Shown here: positions 1-12,500 of the stretch, one piece after another
Layout of the letters: each line of letters begins with the position of its first letter
Position numbering within the stretch: position 1 is the first letter of the stretch
Assembly (NCBI GenBank): GCA_002269645.1
Contig: NIVC01001537.1
Location: forward strand, 62,001-126,000
Direction of reading: 5' to 3'
Length of the DNA: 64,000 bases
Source: Macrostomum lignano
Taxonomy: Eukaryota
Position numbers and translations under genes: made by a program
Notes under the pieces: model-generated
The model's input: the letters and a program-made list of their open reading frames with translations, nothing else
The model's database searches: none
Told to the model about the DNA's origin: nothing

Positions 1-342
1 TGTTAGGCAGGCGATAGGAAAGCAAAAAATCACAAGGGCAACAGTCTCAATAATTATTGTTTTCTGCCTATCTGCACTATCCATCGCAGTGACCATGAAC
101 ACCTCCCAGTAAAACTAAGATGTACACAAAGGAGTTGAACCCGTACAGCAATTCGACGTCGTCGATGTCAATCAGATACTGTGTACTTTTTACATTACAT
201 AGATGGATAACGATGTCGTATTGTGTTTCTTATTCTGTCAATTACATTTTCGAAGTGAATACTTGTTAATGATTTGTTGCATTGGTCTTTATTGGGTAGG
301 GGTAGGGAATTTCGAATTCCTTGAAGAATGAAGTGCACTATG

Positions 343-602
343 GGGCCTTTTCATATTGCTTGCTCTGGTTCCAGAACCAGAACCAATTTGTGAAGTATAA
401 CTTTTTGTCTCCATAACTAGAGGGAGATACGTGCTATAAAGTTTTTATTATTGAATGACAATCGCCAATAAGAAAGTGAAAAATTGTGCTAAGTTAGGTT
501 GTTAAGGCAGTCAAATATTAACAGAGTTTAATAGTTATACTGCTGTTTTTCTTGGAATTCCGAACCGATTCTGGTTCTGGAATTGGTAATATGAAAAGGC
601 CC
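343..602. mobile_element. Non-autonomous MITE, about 260 bp, Tourist/PIF-Harbinger-like
   Basis: 15-bp terminal inverted repeats gggccttttcatatt (343-357) and aatatgaaaaggccc (588-602), with a subterminal ttccagaaccagaa motif mirrored inside. A 3-bp direct repeat ATG flanks both ends (340-342, 603-605). No ORF. Family assignment is inferred from the GGG-start TIR and 3-bp TSD. Confidence 0.65.
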
Positions 603-3421
603 ATGGATGTATGCCTGATGTGCTTTTATGCGGTCTAAGAATTTTTTACTCAAAAAATTCTTCATTAGTAGTAATGTCACTCCTCACCACTGAATTATCT
701 ATAAGTAGTCGAGTTCTCTTGGAAATAAAAGTTACCAGAGTTTGTTATAAATTGTATCCATGAACTTGCAGAAATTTAAAGTGCTGCCATGCCGCGGTTT
801 CTAAAAAAGAAATCTGAATATTGATCAATGACTAGATAGATACTGTTTTGATCATGTTGCCCTGTCGCTATCGAAGACTATTAAAGTGTAGAGAAGTTTT
901 ATGAAGTCCGATGTTAACAACAAACGCATTCATAGTTTTATTTACTGTTTCCTGTGTGTATGGTTTGGTTTCTAGAATCGCTTTTTTATTTGCTACTGCT
1001 GCTAAGTGCTAAGTGCTAGCTACAGTTTCGGTCGGTCCTACTGCAGAAATGCAGTTATGTTACTTTACCTAACTGTTAATAGGCCTATTCAACCTGCTTC
1101 AATTTTTGGTTTTCCCTATTTTTACATGAATTTGTACTATATGTAGCCATGTATATGTCCTGAAAGGAAACCAGACAAGACAATCCATCGAAAAGTTGAT
1201 TTGTTGAAAGACTATTTGTAAAAAAGAAAGACATTTTATTGATTTCAGTATGGAAAATCTGCCAAAAAGAGATTTTTAAAACTATTATTGAATAAATGAT
1301 GAATAGAAGAGGGGTTGTATAGTTCATAAATGACAATGAATACTTGATATACTAAGCAGACTAGGCTAATTGGCAATTTTACTAGGGGCCTCCATACTAG
1401 CTAGAGGCTGCAGTGAAGGTTAGAGGCACAAGAACTAGTCCAAGTACCAAGGCTAGGGCCTAGGTTGTTCTTAGTATAGCACATTTAATAGACCTATGGC
1501 ATTTTATGTCAATAATACCTTTGTTTAAATTTTAGTCGTTTGTCTAAAATTTCCCTTTTTATAGAAAGGCCTAGGCCTATCTACAGAAATTTTACCACAT
1601 TAGTCCTATTGAGTGGCAGTTTTGTAATAAAAAAGCATTCATATTGTTAACATTTGTTTATTTACTTTTTGCAACTATATTCTTGTTTAAAATATATTTT
1701 GGATTTAAGCATACCTACAAAATTTAACAAAAAATTTAATTTATATGGCATAATTTTTTTTGATAAAATGTCTTATCATACATAGAATCATTTTTAAAAA
1801 TTGTCTTGTAGGTGATTAGTTAATTTAGTAAGTAGCATCATATTAACATGTTTAAATTATATTTATTAAAACTATTTAACTTGGCTTAAATAAAAAGTTT
1901 ATGAATTGATCTTATTTTAATACTATGATATAACTTAAGGCCTAGTGGATATCATGCACAATAGGCTAGAACAAAGAATAACTGATCAAAAACTTATGCC
2001 AATATATACTAAGCTTCTTATGACTTCTTATGGCTCTTATGATATGCCAATAGAAATATTATGAAAAGTATTAGGCTATGCCAACTTCTAATTATTAACC
2101 CCAAATTTAATACTAGAAGCATGATGATGTAGGACAATTAAAAAGACCTATCTATGATAGAAAAAGGATTAGGAATAAACAAGAAGAGATATAGAGAGAA
2201 AAAGAGGCTAAATGAAGAAAATAGAAAGGGAGAAGGGAGAGCAAATCTCAATCTAAATATTCAAAGAAATTTTTTTGAGATTAGACTAGTTATACACAAA
2301 AAATGTAAGTTTTGTTTTATAGTACTTGACAAAAAAGTCTACAAAATCTATTTCTTTAGATTAATAAATTGATAAAACGAATAATGAGCTAAAATCAAGT
2401 TCATATAATAAAACTTTTTTTGAATACCACATCACAGTATAGTCTATATCTATATACCTACATACATCTTTTATATATACAATAACACTGGACATTTAAA
2501 TCTTTTCATGCTACTTTAAGTAGCAAAAAGCATATTTTTATATTTGTACTTTACTGGCCTCATTTGAAACTTTAAAAGATAATTTGTATGCTTATTAAGA
2601 AAACTGCATTTTGCTTCTATTGCTTGCAGAAAGTTTGAAAGCTTTGGACCATTTTTAATTTTGTTTTAATTTTATTAACTACTTACAAATAGTAATAAAT
2701 CCATATTTTAGTGGTATCACAGATGTATTAAAGACATGCAATTTAAAGCAATGTCACATTTTTTAGCTGATATAAAGAATATACTTTTATTATTATACCT
2801 GGTTTGTATTGCAATTTGTATTGATGTCTACTGTAATAAAATATAACTATTTAGCCTTCTCCTTGTCCTAATCCAAAATCTAATAGCTCCTGAAATGCAG
2901 AGCTTAGCGAATCCCACGAATCTCCCCTGCATTTTCCTCTGTAGACTGTATCTCTCTATTCATTTTTCTCTTCTGCTCTTGCCCTGCCTACCATGTCTGC
3001 CTGTCCTGCACCCGCAGGCAGGCGCTGGGCTTAGGGGCGGAATAGCAGCTCTGTTGTCTTGCCTACCAGCCCAATATTATTCCTGAAAAGACTCTGAAGC
3101 TCACGGAGAGACAGAGAAAAAACTATGAGAATATGTGGGAAGGGAGGTCTGCCTTGTCTGCCTTGCGTTGCTGGGGCCCTCGCTCCATCCTTCCCTCTGT
3201 GACTATTCTGTCTCTCTCTGTCTCCAACCAGAAAAATCGATTTTTCTCCCTTCCCCATCATCCGCTGCTGCAGCAGCAGCACCTCGCCTCTGCTGCCACC
3301 CCATTGTTTAAGCGGCCTGTCCCGTCCTGCATGCCATCTTCCCTCTCTGGCTCTCCCCGTTCAACAGTCCCAACTCACAGTTTCCTAGGCTGCTTCCCCC
3401 GCTCTTGCTGTTTGTTTCTCC

Positions 3422-3436
3422 GTTACCATTGGCAAC
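3422..3436. promoter_or_regulatory. RFX X-box upstream of pkd2
   Basis: GTTACC-ATT-GGCAAC fits GTNRCC-N(0-3)-RGYAAC. It lies in a GC-rich island about 370 nt before a splice donor (caag|gtaagc at 3804/3805) that probably ends a 5'UTR exon. Confidence 0.55.
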
Positions 3437-3869
3437 CAATGCGGGACCCCACGATGCAGCCTTTCTGTTTTCTAGCCGCTCAAAAACTCGTCCCACACCC
3501 GGCCTCCGGGTCTATAGAACTTGGGGATGGCAGGCTATGGGGGCTTGAGCATATTCTCCCATTTGTCCACAGTGAGAGCGAGGTCGGTCGCCGGAGCTGC
3601 CATTCTGTTCCTCCTCATCTCCATTCGCAACCCCCGCCCTCCCTGCCCTGCTGCAGTCGCTTCAGTTTTGCATTCATTCCAGCCTTTAAAGAGCCGTGGG
3701 TTAGTTGGTTGGGAGAGCTTGCGCTGGATTAGGGGCGTGAGACCTGCTCAATCGATTGCATAGTGCCAGCCTGTTTAAAGAGAGCTCTAACGCTTTTTAC
3801 CAAGGTAAGCAGATCTAGTTTGAATTCTTGTTGCTAATGAAGTCATTCAGTAAGAATCACCTTTGCATT

Positions 3870-4700
3870 TTCGAGAATCGCCCTCCTGTAGTCGCCGTTT
3901 TCAAGAATCGCCCTCCTGTAGTCGCCGTTTCCAAGAATCGCCCTCTTGTAGTCACCGATCCCAAGAATCGCCCTCTTGTAGTCACCGATCCCAAGAATCG
4001 CCCTTATGTAGACACCGATCCCAAGAATCGCCCTCCTGTAATCGCCGTTTCCAAGAATCGCCCTCCTGTAGTCACCGATCCCAAAAATCGCCCTCTTGTA
4101 GTCGCCGTTCCCAAGAATCGCCCTTATGTAGTCACCGTTTCCAAGAATCGCCCTCCTGTAGTCACCGATCCCAAAAATCGCCCTCCTGTTGTCTCCGTTT
4201 GCAAGAATCGCCCTCCTGTAGTCGCCGTTCCCAAGAATTGCCCTCCTGTAGTCACTGATCCCAAAAATCGCCCTTATGTAGACAACGATCCTAAAAATCG
4301 CCCTTATGTAGTCACCGATCCCAAAAATCGCCCTTATGTAGACACCGATCCAAAAAATCGCCCTCCTGTAGTCACCGATCCCAAAAATCGCCCTCTTGTA
4401 GTCGCCGTTCCCAAGAATCGCCCTTATGTAGTCACCGTTTCCAAGAATCGCCCTCCTGTAGTCACCGATCCCAAAAAACGCCCTCCTGTAGTCACCGATC
4501 CCAAAAATCGCCCTTATGTAGTCACCGTTTCCAAGAATCGCCCTCCTGTAGTCGCCGTTTCCAAGAATCGCCCTCCTGGAGTCACCGTTTCCAAGAATCT
4601 CCCTCCTGTAGTCGCCGTTTCCAAGAATCGCCCTCCTGGAGTCACCGTTTCCAAGAATCTCCCTCCTGTAGTCGCCGTTTCCAAGAATCGCCCTCTTCGT
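3870..4700. repeat. 30-bp minisatellite (aagaatcgccctcctgtagtcgccgtttcc) in the putative 5'UTR intron of pkd2
   Basis: Visible 30-bp period; produces the artefactual KNRPPVVTDP ORF. Confidence 0.9.
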
Positions 4701-4782
4701 AACCCACCACTGTCGAGAGCACAGCTTTCCTAACGAATCTCCTTATCCAAAGAATCCGCTCCCCAGACCAGACAGAATCCGC

Positions 4783-7700
4783 ATGCAACCCATCGCCGCA
4801 CTTTTCCGTTCAGACCGCAGTGTGCACCAAACCGACATGTCGTCTCGGCCGCAAAGCTCCGGCGTCAGGTCGCGCAGCGGCGCCGGCCGCCCGTCTTCGT
4901 CTCAGCAGCAGCTGCACGGCGGCAGCCAGGCCTGGTCAGCGGCCGGCGACGATGTTGACGTCGCCAATCCGACTGTGCTGGACCAGGAGCCCGAGGCCTG
5001 CCAGTCCGATAATCCGTTTGAGCATCCCGACGGTCAGACGGAGCCGGAGGTTGAGGAGGCCCACGGATGCTGGTTCCGCTTTAAGCGGGGCGTGCGAGGT
5101 GAGCAGCGAGGGATTTGATAGCGATGTGAGAGTGGCGAGTTTGATGGATAAACACAATAAGATTGGGTGAGATTTGATAAATAAACACAATAAGATTGGG
5201 TGAGATTTGATGAATAAACACAATAAGATTGGGCGAGTTTGATGGATAAACACAATAAGATTGGGTGAGATTTCATAAATAAACACAATAAGATTGGGTG
5301 AGATTTGATGGATAAACACAATATATCAGTATTGACAGATAAGATACCTCTCTTATTTTTAGCAAAAATCTAAGATTGGGTGAGATTTGATGAATAAACA
5401 CAATAAGATTGGGTGAGATTTGATGGATAAACACAATAAGATTGGGCGAGTTTGATGGATAAACACAATAAGATTGGGCGAGATTTGATGGATAAACACA
5501 ATAAGATTGGGTGAGATTTGATGGATAAACACAATAAGATTGGGCGAGATTTGATGGATAAACACAATAAGATTGGGTGAGATTTGATGGATAAACACAA
5601 TAAGATTGGGTGAGATTTGATGGATAAACACAATAAGATTGGGCGAGATTTGATGGATAAACACAATAAGATTGGGTGAGATTTGATGGATAAACACAAT
5701 AAGATTGGGTGAGATTTGATGAATAAACACAATAAGATTGGGTGAGATTTGATGGATAAACACAATAAGATTGGGTGAGATTTGATGGATAAACACATGA
5801 ATATTGGGTGAGATTTGATAAATAAACACATGAACATTAGGTGAGATTTGATGGATAAACACATGAATATTGGGTGAGATTTGATAAATAAACACATGAA
5901 CATTGGGTGAGATTTGATGGATAAACACATGAACATTGGGTGAGATTTGATAGATAAACACATGAATATTGGGTGAGATTTGATAAATAAACACATGAAC
6001 ATTAGGTGAGATTTGATAGATAAACACATGAACATTGGGTGAGATTTGATAAATAAACACATGAACATTAGGTGAGATTTGATAGATAAACACATGAACA
6101 TTGGGTGAGATTTGATGGATAAACACATGAACATTGGGTGAGATTTGTTGGATAAACACATGAACATTGGGTGAGATTTGATAAATAAACACATGAACAT
6201 TGGGTGAGATTTGATAGATAAACACATGAAAATTGGGTGAGATTTGATGGATAAACACATGAACATTGGGTGAGATTTGATAAATAAACACATGAACATT
6301 GGGTGAGATTTGATAGATAAACACATGAACATTGGGTGAGATTTGATAAATAAACACATGAACATTGGGTGAGATTTGATAGATAAACACATGAACATTG
6401 GGTGAGATTTGATAAATAAACACAACACAACCGGAAATTGGACGGCAGGGTCCAACCAGAATTTCTAACAAAGCTGCAATTCCCGCAAATCCCAACCAAG
6501 CCGCGTGGCTAACCAAGGACACGGTAGACGTGACCGGTGATACCGAATTGCGAATTAAGACCACCCTGAGGGAGCTGCTTCTGTACTGCGTCTACCTGAC
6601 TATCCTGTCCATATGTAAACAATACTGAAGTATTATAATAAAGAACTTTATTTTTTATTAATTAAATTTTGGAAGTCACCGTAACGTATTAATATTTTTC
6701 TTAATTTTTCACATTTTCGCTGCAATTTATTAAATCACAATATTAGCTGGAGGTTCACTACTATTCACCAAATTTAGCAATCTGGCGAACCAACATGACT
6801 GAGGACACTCGCGAGGACAGGGAGCTGTACATCAAGACCACCCTCCGGGAGCTCATTGTCTATTTGTTCTTTCTCATTGTTCTCATGGTTTGTAAGTGAT
6901 TTTTCACGAGACTTTTTTGTTCATTTTTTTATCTCAGTTTTATTGATTCACTTTCAAATGTGGGATTTCATTGTTTTCGGTTACTCAGTGTCACGTGATA
7001 GGCGGTTTCCTCTAAATACCTTAGTCCCAATTAGAAACTCTCTGAGATCCCAATCCCATTTAGAATCCCAGAGATCCCAATTAGAATCCATGAGATCCCA
7101 ATCCCAATTAGAATCCCAGAGATCCCAATCCCAATTACAATCTCAGAGATCCCAATCCCAATTAGAATCCCAGAGATCCCAATCCCAATTACAATCTCAG
7201 AGATTCCAATCCCAATTAGAATCACAGAGATCCCAATCCCAATTAGAATCCATGAGATCCCAATCCCAATTAGAACTCAGAGATCTCAATCCCATTTAGA
7301 ATCCCACAGATCCCAATCCTAATTAGAATCCCAGAGATTCCAATCCCAATTAGAATCACAGAGATCCCAATCCCAATTAGAATCCATGAGATCCCAATCC
7401 CAATTAGAATCCATGAGATCCCAATCCCAATTACAATCTCAGAGATTCCAATCCCAATTAGAATCCCAGAGATCCCAATCCCAATTAGAATCCCAGAGAT
7501 CCCAATCCCAATTACAATCTCAGAGATTCCAATCCCAATTAGAATCACAGAGATCCCAATCCCAATTAGAATCCATGAGATCCCAATCCCAATTAGAATC
7601 CATGAGATCCCAATCCCAATTACAATCTCAGAGATTCCAATCCCAATTAGAATCACAGAGATCCCAATCCCAATTAGAATCCATGAGATCCCAATCCCAA

Positions 7701-9149
7701 TTACAATCTCAGAGATTCCAATCCCAATTAGAATCACAGAGATCCCAATCCCAATTAGAACTCAGAGATCTCAATCCCATTTAGAATCCCACAGATCCCA
7801 ATCCTAATTAGAATCCCAGAGATCCCAATCCCAATTAGAATCCCAGAGATCCCAATCCCAATTAGAATCCCAGAGATCCCAATCCCAATTGAAATACTTG
7901 AGATCCCAATCCCAATTAGAATTACAGAGATCCCAATCCCAGTTAGAATTCCAGAGATCCCAATCCCAATTAGAATTCCAGAGATCCCAATCCCAACTAG
8001 AGTCCCAAACGATCCCAATCAAAATCCCAAAGATCCCACTTGGGTCCCGAAGATTCGAATCCCGGCTGAGACACCAATGGAGTATGGAACCAATAAGCAA
8101 AATATTGAATAACAACAACTTCAGTGGCGTTCGGCATGACCAGCTCCACCATGTACTACTTCACCAGCGTGATGCAGGCCCAGTTCGACCAGGCTCCCAA
8201 CTCGGAGACCCAGACCACCTTTTCCACCGCGACTACCATCGCCGATTGGTGGCGGGTAAGTGTGCAATATTCAAGCTTGTGTGAAGCTTCGAGTTTGTGT
8301 GAAGCTTCTAGTTTGTGTGAAGCTTCGAGTTTGTGAAGCTTCCAGTTTGTGTGAAGCTTCTAGTTTGTGTGAAGCTACCAGCTTGTGTGACGCTTCTAGT
8401 TTGTGTGCAAGCTTCCAGCTTGTGTGAAGCTTCTAGTTTGTGTGAAGCTTCGAGCTTGTGTGAAGCTTCGAGTTTATGAAGCTTCGAGCTTGTGTGAAGC
8501 TTCTAGTTTGTGTGAAAGCTTCAAGTTTGTGTGAAGCTTCTAGTTTGTGTGAAGCTTTGAGCTTGTGTGAAGCTTCGAGTTTGTGTGAAAGCTTCAAGCC
8601 TGTGAAAGTTTCGAGCTTGTGAAACGCCCTCACTTATCGTTGGCTTGCAGTTCGTGAAGGGCCCGCTGCTGGAGGGCCTGTACGTGACCAACTGGTACAA
8701 CAACCTGAACTTTAGCGACTCTCGCGAGGTGAATTTTGTCTACTACGAGAACAAACTGCTCGGAGTGCCCCGCCTGCGCCAGGTAAAAGTGCGCAATGAC
8801 AGCTGCTCCATTGCGGACGACTTTAAAAACGAAATCAAAGCCTGCTACGCCATGTACAGCCCCGGCGTTGAGGAGAAAAGCCCGTTCGGCTATATGAACT
8901 CCACGGCTTGGAACCACACCACCGAGAAGGAGCTGGACGGCCGCAGCTACGCTGGCCAGATTGCCAGCTACGATGGCGGCGGCTACTACGTGGACTTGAC
9001 TAGGAACCGTGACGACTCGGCCGCTATCATTGAGGAGCTGTTCAAGGTGAGGCATGGGCCTGCAATAGCAGCATTTGATTTGGTCCAACAAGCATCAATT
9101 TGATCCATTGCGGCTCTATAGCTTCACCCTTAGATTTTTGACTATCTAG

Positions 9150-9240
<91 letters not shown>

Positions 9241-9280
9241 CCTATCTATCTATGTATCTATCTATCTATCTATCCATCTG

Positions 9281-9372
<92 letters not shown>

Positions 9373-9386
9373 CCTATCTATCTATG

Positions 9387-9418
<32 letters not shown>

Positions 9419-9424
9419 CATCTG

Positions 9425-9516
<92 letters not shown>

Positions 9517-12500
9517 CCTATCTATCTATGTATCTATCTATCTATCTATCCATCTGTCTATCTATCTACTGCAGAAAGCTCTATATTGTATTTCTTAAAC
9601 ACACCAGGGCCTGTGGATCGATCGCGGCACCCGGGTAGCCTTCGTGGACTTCACTGTGTACAATGCCAACATCAACCTGTTCTGCGTAGTGAAGCTGGTC
9701 ATGGAGTTCCCGGCCACCGGGGGCGCCATTCCGTCATCAGAGTACCGCACGGTCAAGCTGCTGCGCTACGTGGAGCCTCGGGACTACGTTGTGCTGATCT
9801 GCGAGATCATCTTCATGCTGTTCATCTGCTACTACGTTGTTGAGGAGGTCATCGAGATTAAGCGGCACAAGCTGGGCTACTTCAAGAGCTTCTGGAACTG
9901 GCTGGACATCCTGGTCATCATCATCTCGCTGGTGTGCGCCGGGTTCAACGTCTACCGCACCATCGCCGTTGGCAACAAGCTCACCGAGCTGCTCAAAGAC
10001 GAGTCGAAATTTCCCGACTTCGATTTCCTGTCCTACTGGCAGCTGCAGTTCAACAACGCCATCGCCATCACCGTGTTCTTCGCCTGGGTGAAGATCTTCA
10101 AGTACATCAGCTTCAACAAGACCATGACCCAGCTCAGCTCCACCCTGGGCGCCTGCGCCAAGGATCTGGTCGGCTTCGCGGTGATGTTCTTCATCATCTT
10201 CTTCGCCTTCGCCCAGCTGGGCTACCTGATCTTCGGCACCCAGGTGAAAGACTTCCGCGAATTCCAGCAGGCCATCTTCACGCTGTTCCGCATCATTCTG
10301 GGCGACTTCGATTTCCACGAATTGGAGAACGCCCACCGCGTCCTGGGGCCAATCTTCTTCCTGCTGTACGTGTTCTTCGTGTTCTTCGTGCTGATCAACA
10401 TGTTCTTGGCCATCATTAACGACACCTACAGCGAGGTGAAGAGCGACCTGGCTAATCAGCCGAACGACTTCGAAATGACCGACTATTTCAAAGAGGTAAA
10501 CGGCATGAGTAGCTATGTCTTGTTTTTATGAGTTTAATTCCTCGGCATCTAATTAAGAACAAAAATTTAGAAATCTTTTATTCAAGGGTAAACAGCGAGA
10601 GTAGCCATGCCCCTTTTCCATTGTTAAATTCTTCGCCATCTGATTAGGGGCTTGTATTAGGATATCCTACCATTTCAAACAGGTAAACGGCGGGAGTAAC
10701 TCTGTATCTAGTAGTGTATCTAGTTTGATAATTACATTCCCCGTCATCTAATTAGTGACTATTTAATGAGTTAAACAACAGAGGGAGTAACTATACCTGT
10801 ATCATTAGTTGAATTCTTCGTCATCTAATTAGTCTACTTATCTTAATGAGTAGTATAAAGCAGTATAATAGTGGAAAATTGTGTTTTCTTCTTATCAGAC
10901 ATTGTTTTGTTTGGTTGCTATGACTCATGATCATTAATAATGCAAGTAATGCTCAAGTTTCACTCCATCTTAATTAATTATTTATCGAAATCAATCGGTG
11001 CAAATTAAGCGACACTAATTACCTACTGAATAATTTATTAGCCAGTGCAGTGCTGAATAATTAACTGTTTAATTTGCTATGTTTTGTCAGCGCGCCGGGA
11101 AAGTGATGGACAAGCTCAACATTAAGCGCGACAAGATTATCGACATTCAGAAGGCAATGCAGTCTGCTGACGTAAACAATGACCGCCAGCTGGACTTTGA
11201 GGAGTGGCGCGCCGAGCTCAAGATGTGAGTGGGGACTGGGGTGGAATGGGTGTCTGCTGGGTGGACTGGGTGTCTGTTGGGGTGGACTGGGTGTCTGTTG
11301 GGGTGGACTGGGTGTCTGTTGGGGTGGACTGGGTGTCTGTTGGGGTGGACTGGTTGTCTGTTGGTGTGGAATGAGGTGTCTGCTGGGGTGGACTGGTTGT
11401 CTGTTGGGGTGGACTAGGTGTCTGTTGGGGTGGACTGAGTGTCTGTTGGGGTGGACTGGGTGTCTGTTGGGGTGGACTGGTTGTCTGTTAGGTTGGACTG
11501 GGTGTCTGCTGGGGTGGACTGGGTGTCTGTTGGGGTGGACTGGGTGTCTGTTAGGTTGGACTGGGTGTCTGTTGGGGTGGACTGGGTGTCTGTTGGGGTG
11601 GACTGGGTGTCTGTTGGGGTGGACTGGTTGTCTGTTGGTGTGGACTGGGTGTCTGTTGGGGTGGACTGGTTGTCTGTTGGGGTGGACTGGTTGTCTGTTG
11701 GTGTGGAATGAGGTGTCTGCTGGGGTGGACTGGTTGTCTGTTGGGGTGGACTAGGTGTCTGTTGGGGTGGACTGAGTGTCTGTTGGGGTGGACTGGGTGT
11801 CTGTTGGGGTGGACTGGTTGTCTGTTAGGTTGGACTGGGTGTCTGTTGGGGTGGACTGAGTGTCTGTTGGGGTGGAATGGGTGTCTGTTAGGTTGGACTG
11901 GGTGTCTGTTGGGGTGGACTGGTTGTCTGTTAGGTTGGACTGGGTGTCTGCTGGGGTGGACTGGGTGTCTGTTGGGGTGGACTGGGTGTCTGTTAGGTTG
12001 GACTGGGTGTCTGTTGGGGTGGACTGGGTGTCTGTTGGGGTGGACTGAGTGTCTGTTGGGGTGGACTGAGTGTCTTTTTTGGTGGACTGAGTGTCTGTTG
12101 GGGTGGACTGAGTGTCTGTTGGGGTGGACTGGGTGTCTGCTGGGTTGGACTGGGTGTCTGTTGGGGTGGATTTTGTGTCTGCTGTGGTGGACTGGGTGTC
12201 TGATGAGGTGGACTGGGCTCGATTGAAGTCGTTGCTTGTATTTAAAAATTAATTAATTGCATTGGCAAGCAGCTTAATGAAATATTGAGTACATATGGAC
12301 TTGAAATTTAATAGTACATTGTGTTTAAAGATCGTCGTCAACTTTAATAGTACACTGTGTGTATAGAGATTAGCATCTATTTTAATAGTGCATTGTGTTT
12401 ATAGAGATTGGCGTGTACTTTAATAGTACATTGTGTGTAGACATTAGCGTGTACTTTAATAGTACATTGTGTGTAGACATTAGCGTGTACTTTAATAGTA

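Noticed and set aside
1085-3763. Short ORFs in the first 3.8 kb
   Set aside because: No recognisable domains or splice pattern; AT-rich or promoter-like sequence.
3828-4733. 301-aa KNRPPVVTDP repeat ORF as a PKD2 N-terminal extension
   Set aside because: It stops at 4733, is out of frame with 4783, and lies after a splice donor inside a 30-bp array.
5359-6564. 401-aa and 361-aa minus-strand ORFs
   Set aside because: Readthrough of the 33-bp array, antisense to pkd2.
9737-10425. Antisense and alternate-frame ORFs over pkd2 exon 5 (also over the ror kinase, NPF and pacifastin-like genes)
   Set aside because: Shadow ORFs caused by high GC3 in the real exons.
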